Positions 59,243 through 64,000 of a stretch of 64,000 nucleotides of DNA are shown here, in pieces. The position numbers and the translations under genes were made by a program. The notes under the pieces are model-generated. The model was not told the DNA's origin. It did not search any database and saw nothing but the letters and a program-made list of their open reading frames with translations. Numbering within the stretch: position 1 is the stretch's first letter; the number at the start of each line of letters is the position of its first letter. This DNA comes from a bacterium (GTDB taxonomy: Bacteria; Zhuqueibacterota; Zhuqueibacteria; Residuimicrobiales; Krinioviventaceae), in NCBI GenBank assembly GCA_963675755.2, contig CAXXMD010000002.1, forward strand, positions 1,088,001-1,152,000, read 5' to 3'.

Positions 59243-60982
59243 TTATGCTGCGTTTTCTTTATAGATGCTTTTTTTATCATAATGTGTATGAAGCAGTTCA
59301 TGTGCTTTGTGACCATTAGGTTCACCCAGCCATTCTTCATACAATTTTATAACAGCAGGATTCTCATGAGATTTACGGATCTCCATTTTGCGGTCCTGCA
59401 GATAAATAGCTTCAGCGCGTTTCTTGCGGATATCTTCGGAAGTTGGGATCGGTTGACCACCACCACCAATACATCCACCGGGGCAAGCCATAATTTCAAT
59501 AAAATGATATTCAGCTTCACCGGCTGCAATTTTGTCTAACAATTTGCGTGCATTTGCCAAACCGTTAGAAACAGCAGCTTTAACTTTTAAACCGTTTAGG
59601 TCTATTTCTGCTTCTTTAATACCTTCTAAACCGCGAACATCTTTGATCTCTACATCATCAAGTGTTTTTTCAGTAACAATTTCATAAACGGTACGTAATG
59701 CAGCTTCCATTACACCACCGGTATTACCAAAAATAACAGCAGCACCTGTAGAGATACCCAATGGATCATCGTAATCTTCTTCATGCAGGTCAGGTAAATT
59801 GATACCAACCTGTTTCATCATAACAGCCGCTTCACGGGTGGTTAATACAGCGTCCACATCCTGAAAACCACTGTCATTCATTTCCGGACGACCACATTCA
59901 TATTTTTTAGCTGTACAAGGCATGATGGATACACAATAAATATCTTTGGGATCAATGCCATTCTTTTCAGCATAATATGTTTTAGCCAAAGCGCCAAACA
60001 TCTGCTGAGGTGATTTACAAGAAGATACATGCGGCAGTAAATCAGGATAAAAATGTTCAATAAAATTAATCCAGCCGGGGCTACATGAAGTTAACAATGG
60101 CAAAGTACCACCATTTTTTACACGACCCAACAGCTCGGTACCTTCTTCCATAATGGTTAAATCTGCGGTAAAGTCTGTATCAAAAACTTTATCGAATCCC
60201 AGCATTCTCAAACCGGTTACAAACTGGTTGGTTACCAGAGAACCAGGTGCCATTCCAAACATTTCACCGATTGACGCGCGAACCGCGGGTGCAGTTTGAA
60301 CAACAACATGTTTTGTTGGATCATCCAAAGCAGCCCAAACGCGTGCTGTATGATCATTTTCATACAATGCACCAACAGGACAACGATCGATACATTGACC
60401 ACAGGAAACACAAGCAACATCGCCAATGCCTTTACCAAATGGAGTATCAACCCAAACTTCGTATCCACGGCCTTCAAGACCAATTGCGCTAACGCTCTGT
60501 ACCAGTTCACAAGTCTGGATACAACGGCGGCACAAGATACATTTGGAAGGATCACGAACGATAGCGGCACTGGAAAGATCCAGTTCACCTTTACGTTCAT
60601 GGTATTCAAAACGATTTTCACGCAAGCCCAATTGTTCTGCGGCATCCTGCAATTCACAGAAATTATTGCGAACACATTCAGTACATTTCATGGGGTGACG
60701 AGACAACAACAACTCGAGCGCCATTTTACGAGAGTCGCGAACAGTTTGTGTGCGTGTTGAAACTTTCATCCCCTCCTGACATTGCCATGAGCAAGCAGTG
60801 CGTAACAAACGATCACCTTCGACCTCTACAACACATAAACGACATGCAGATACCGGCGGTAAATCAGGATGATAGCATAAACGGGGTATTTTAATATTTA
60901 ATTTTTCTGCTGCTTCTAGAACAGTCGTACCCTTGGGTACTGTTACTGTTTTACCATCTATTGTTAATGTGATATTTTCCAC
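59243..60982 (-). CDS. hydA: [FeFe]-hydrogenase catalytic subunit, group A (HydA/HndD-like)
   Basis: H-cluster motifs TSCSPGW, MPCTAKKYE and EIMACPGGCIGGGGQP; N-terminal 2Fe-2S, His-ligated 4Fe-4S and 2x4Fe-4S motifs. Confidence 0.97.
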   Translation of the reverse strand: MENITLTIDGKTVTVPKGTTVLEAAEKLNIKIPRLCYHPDLPPVSACRLCVVEVEGDRLLRTACSWQCQEGMKVSTRTQTVRDSRKMALELLLSRHPMKCTECVRNNFCELQDAAEQLGLRENRFEYHERKGELDLSSAAIVRDPSKCILCRRCIQTCELVQSVSAIGLEGRGYEVWVDTPFGKGIGDVACVSCGQCIDRCPVGALYENDHTARVWAALDDPTKHVVVQTAPAVRASIGEMFGMAPGSLVTNQFVTGLRMLGFDKVFDTDFTADLTIMEEGTELLGRVKNGGTLPLLTSCSPGWINFIEHFYPDLLPHVSSCKSPQQMFGALAKTYYAEKNGIDPKDIYCVSIMPCTAKKYECGRPEMNDSGFQDVDAVLTTREAAVMMKQVGINLPDLHEEDYDDPLGISTGAAVIFGNTGGVMEAALRTVYEIVTEKTLDDVEIKDVRGLEGIKEAEIDLNGLKVKAAVSNGLANARKLLDKIAAGEAEYHFIEIMACPGGCIGGGGQPIPTSEDIRKKRAEAIYLQDRKMEIRKSHENPAVIKLYEEWLGEPNGHKAHELLHTHYDKKSIYKENAA

Positions 60983-61034
60983 ATTTAACCTCCATTGTGC
61001 GTATTATAACGTTAAACTCAACGTACATTATTTG

Positions 61035-62624
61035 TTATGCCACAGCTTCCGGTTGTTTTACCAGTTTTTCGAATTCAGGGCGGAAATGTTTCAGTGTTCC
61101 CAAAATAGGTACAGGAGCAGCCTGACCTAATCCACAGAACGCACCCTTCATCATTACAACTGCAAGTTCTTCAATCATATCGATGTCTTTGATCTCGCCT
61201 TCACCACTGCTCAATTTTTCAAGTCGTTCCAATAAACGGCCTGTTCCTTCGCGGCAGAGTGTACATTTACCACAAGATTCATGATTAAAGAATTCTACAA
61301 AATTGGTTACCAGATCAACAATTTCCTGATCTTCATCAACAACCAGTAAAGCACCTGAACCCAAACCTGAGCCAATTTCGCGCAAGTTTTCAGCTGCCAA
61401 TGGCAGATCCAGATGTTCGGAGGTTAAAATACCACCAGTAGTTCCACCCATTTGGGCAAGTTTAAAACCTTTACCATTGGGAATGCCCTGACCGATGTCA
61501 TAAATAATTTCTCGCAGGGTAATACCCATGGGTACTTCAATAAGGCCGGGATTATTGATATTGCCAACCATGGTAAATACCTTGGTACCCGGGCTTTTTT
61601 CAGTGCCCAGTGATTTATACCACTCGGCGCCTTTTAAGATAATCTGAGGAATATTCGCAAGTGTTTCCACGTTATTTACGATGGTCGGTTTTCCCCACAG
61701 ACCTTCGGAAGGTGGAAACGGCGGTTTATCGCGTGGTTCTCCGCGTTTTCCTTCAATGGATTCTATTAATGCGGTCTCCTCACCACAGATATAAGCGCCG
61801 GCCCCTTCACGAATTTCAAGATCAAATGAAAAATCTGTACCAAACAGATTATCACCCAGCAATCCGTTTTCTTTGGCCTGATCAATAGCGCGCTGCATCC
61901 GATCGATGGACATGCGGTATTCACCACGAATATAAACATAACCTTTGGTTGCACCAACTGCAAAACCAGCAAGTGCCATTCCCTCAATAACTGCATGTGG
62001 ATCACCTTCAAGGATCAGACGGTCTTTGAATGTACCCGGTTCACCTTCGTCAGCATTACATACAATGTATTTTTGCTCAGCGGTTTCTTTGGCAGCAAAA
62101 TCCCATTTCAAACCGGTTGGAAAAAATGCACCACCACGTCCCTGCAGGCCGGATTCTTTAACGGTACTGCGAACAGCATCGGGGTTCATTTCGGTCAATG
62201 CTTTACCAAATGCTTCATATCCGTCATGAGCAATGTATTCATCAATGTTATCAGGATCAATAACACCGGCATTTTTCAATACTACGCGTACTTGTTTTCC
62301 AAAACGTGGTGCAGGTACACCTGTCGTTTCGGTTTCGGGAATATCTGTATATTGTAAACGATCAACTTTACGACCTTTGATCAGGTGTTCAGAGATGATT
62401 TCAGAAACATCTTCAACCTTGACACCGGCATAATATACCGCGTCAGGGAAAACCACCATAACAACACCTTTATTATAAATACCCAGACTACCGGTTTCAA
62501 CAACACGGACTTCATCGGCAAGCGCTGCCATTTTCAGTTCGCGCTCCAATGCGTCTTTGACAGAACGGGCGCCCTGGGCAATTGTATGTCCATCCATTGC
62601 AATAAGTATGTGAATCCTATGCAT
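61035..62624 (-). CDS. NuoF-like flavin/NAD-binding hydrogenase subunit (HydB/HndC-like), short form
   Basis: GRGGAFFPTGLKW, CNADEGEPGTFKDR, GAGAYICGEET, NNVET, ESCGKCTLCREG...CGLG; no C-terminal ferredoxin domain. Confidence 0.93.
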   Translation of the reverse strand: MHRIHILIAMDGHTIAQGARSVKDALERELKMAALADEVRVVETGSLGIYNKGVVMVVFPDAVYYAGVKVEDVSEIISEHLIKGRKVDRLQYTDIPETETTGVPAPRFGKQVRVVLKNAGVIDPDNIDEYIAHDGYEAFGKALTEMNPDAVRSTVKESGLQGRGGAFFPTGLKWDFAAKETAEQKYIVCNADEGEPGTFKDRLILEGDPHAVIEGMALAGFAVGATKGYVYIRGEYRMSIDRMQRAIDQAKENGLLGDNLFGTDFSFDLEIREGAGAYICGEETALIESIEGKRGEPRDKPPFPPSEGLWGKPTIVNNVETLANIPQIILKGAEWYKSLGTEKSPGTKVFTMVGNINNPGLIEVPMGITLREIIYDIGQGIPNGKGFKLAQMGGTTGGILTSEHLDLPLAAENLREIGSGLGSGALLVVDEDQEIVDLVTNFVEFFNHESCGKCTLCREGTGRLLERLEKLSSGEGEIKDIDMIEELAVVMMKGAFCGLGQAAPVPILGTLKHFRPEFEKLVKQPEAVA

Positions 62625-63093
62625 TTGCCTGTCCTTTCATTTTATAGTCTTTTAATATTGCCACTGCTTTTTCCGGAGTAAGATTACCATAAACTTCATC
62701 ATTGATCATCATAACCGGTGCAACCGCACAAAGTCCCAAACAGCTTGTAAATTCCAGAGTAAAAAGCTTGTCGGTAGTGGTTTCATTCATTTCAAGACCC
62801 AGATATTCTTTAATTTTTTCTAGAACATCTTTGGAACCTTTAACATGGCAGGGAGCATTGTTGCAGCAACGTACAATATATTTACCTTTATCTTCTGTAT
62901 TAAACAGACTATAAAAAGTAGCTACACCATAAATATCTGAAAGTGGTAAATTGGTAGCTTTTGCAACTTGAGTAAGTACGGGTTCTGAGAGAGAACCATA
63001 CTCTTTTTGAACATCTTTTAAAATATAAATAAGTGGTGTTTTTGTGTCAGCATAATTATTGACAATAACATCCACCTTGGTTAAATCTTGCAT
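62617..63093 (-). CDS. NuoE-like 2Fe-2S subunit (HydC/HndA-like)
   Basis: VATFYSLF, CNNAPC, CLGLC; the ATG at 63093 follows GGAGG. Confidence 0.93.
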   Translation of the reverse strand: MQDLTKVDVIVNNYADTKTPLIYILKDVQKEYGSLSEPVLTQVAKATNLPLSDIYGVATFYSLFNTEDKGKYIVRCCNNAPCHVKGSKDVLEKIKEYLGLEMNETTTDKLFTLEFTSCLGLCAVAPVMMINDEVYGNLTPEKAVAILKDYKMKGQANA

Positions 63094-63136
63094 TCTCAAC
63101 CTCCATAGATTGAATTTCCAGCGTTGCGGGTATCGT

Positions 63137-63499
63137 CTAGTTTAAATTAAATACATATTCCGAAACTACAGTATCGTTCACAATATGTTCTGCAATAATT
63201 TTACGAGCTATTTCAGCATTTACTTTACCATATGTAACGGTAGGTTTATCTGCCTGAGCGATCTGCAGCATGGGTTCATTATCACAATAACCCAAACAAC
63301 CTGTTTGCGTAACAACAGCGTCTTTGATACCACGCTTTTCAATCTCATCTAAAATCGCTGACATTGTGTCACGTGAACCAGCGGCGATCCCGCATGTTCC
63401 CATGGAAACAATTATGCGATATTTTGCATCGCTTTCCCGTGCAGCCATCTGAGATTTTGCCTTCTCCTTGATAGCACGGAGATCTGCTAATGTTTTCAC
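63137..63499 (-). CDS. Thioredoxin-like (2Fe-2S) ferredoxin subunit (HndB-like)
   Basis: VSMGTCGIAAG, TGCLGYCDNEP; GGAGG RBS before GTG. Confidence 0.9.
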   Translation of the reverse strand: MKTLADLRAIKEKAKSQMAARESDAKYRIIVSMGTCGIAAGSRDTMSAILDEIEKRGIKDAVVTQTGCLGYCDNEPMLQIAQADKPTVTYGKVNAEIARKIIAEHIVNDTVVSEYVFNLN

Positions 63500-63733
63500 T
63501 GCTTTACCTCCTGTTTGTTTTGTTTATGTTAAATACGAATTAATTCTCATTCTTTTCCCGTTGCGTGTGAATTAATCCAGTTTACTTTTCCGAACAGTGT
63601 AACATCTTGTTAAAGAATTGCTTCTATTTCTTTTCCCTAAAAATTGAATCAATTCCCTTTTATCTTACAGTGTTTATATTCATTTGTTCACTTTTTTTTA
63701 TAAAATCTCCCTTACTAATTATTATTTACTTTA

Positions 63734-64000
63734 TTAATCTAATAAAACTTTACTTTTCACTTGAATGCGTTTCAACTCTGATTTGATATGTTTTTTTGCC
63801 GGTACAACCATATCAAAAAAGTCACAATCTTGTTCAGCCATTCTTGCAAGCAGCCAATATGAATCAAAGCATAAAAGTCCCTGATCAGTACGGTGAAGAT
63901 AACAAAAGTGCACATCAACAGCACCCATTACCAAATTTACAACCGTACCGGCAATATCGCCCAAAGGTGCCAGGTTTAAACTGTTGAGCTTGAAATCAGC
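63734..64000 (-). CDS. 3' part of a histidine-kinase-like ATPase typical of hydrogenase operons; 5' end is outside the window
   Basis: The frame is open to the window edge: ADFKLNSLNLAPLGDIAGTVVNLV...FCYLH resembles the 'PLGD' tail of HATPase proteins found upstream of hnd-type genes. Confidence 0.6.
   Translation of the reverse strand, partial: ADFKLNSLNLAPLGDIAGTVVNLVMGAVDVHFCYLHRTDQGLLCFDSYWLLARMAEQDCDFFDMVVPAKKHIKSELKRIQVKSKVLLD

Noticed and set aside
63500-63733. Rex-type operator upstream of the hydrogenase genes
   Set aside because: Only half-site-like TTGT(T/G)AA fragments in AT-rich DNA; no correctly spaced palindrome.

Overview
A 64 kb bacterial chromosomal window, mostly coded on the minus strand, with no CRISPR array, integrase, transposase or rRNA visible. 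Gene content includes T9SS-like 'YPNPFNP' C-terminal sorting domains, a PorV/UPF0164-like barrel, a hybrid two-component system, Mla, an [FeFe]-hydrogenase and butyrate kinases. Promoters are TTGACA/TATAAT-type and ribosome sites are AGGAG-type. Together this suggests an anaerobic, fermentative, glycan-degrading diderm of the FCB group outside Bacteroidota, such as KSB1 or Calditrichota (inference only). Left to right the window holds: a pectin-type glycan locus (1-9.1 kb); TPR, lemA/DUF2207 and GH31 genes; a compositionally mosaic accessory stretch with katG (17-29 kb); tRNA-Ala(GGC); a tightly packed five-gene run (UshA-like lipoprotein, PEP-utilising kinase, MrfA/MrfB-like helicase and nuclease, AlaX); a large secreted protein paired with a PorV-OmpA-AMIN fusion; housekeeping genes; and an hnd-type hydrogenase operon. 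Three observations stand out. (1) A selenoprotein missed by the ORF track: an in-frame TGA in a C-G-U motif followed by a SECIS-like hairpin (37436-36438). (2) The cargo plus peptidoglycan-anchored PorV-like barrel pair, whose cargo CTD differs from the other CTDs in the window. (3) A tetrameric [FeFe]-hydrogenase whose flavin subunit has lost the N-terminal cluster ligands and the C-terminal ferredoxin domain and carries non-bifurcating signatures. All family calls come from motif recognition by eye; no searches were run.
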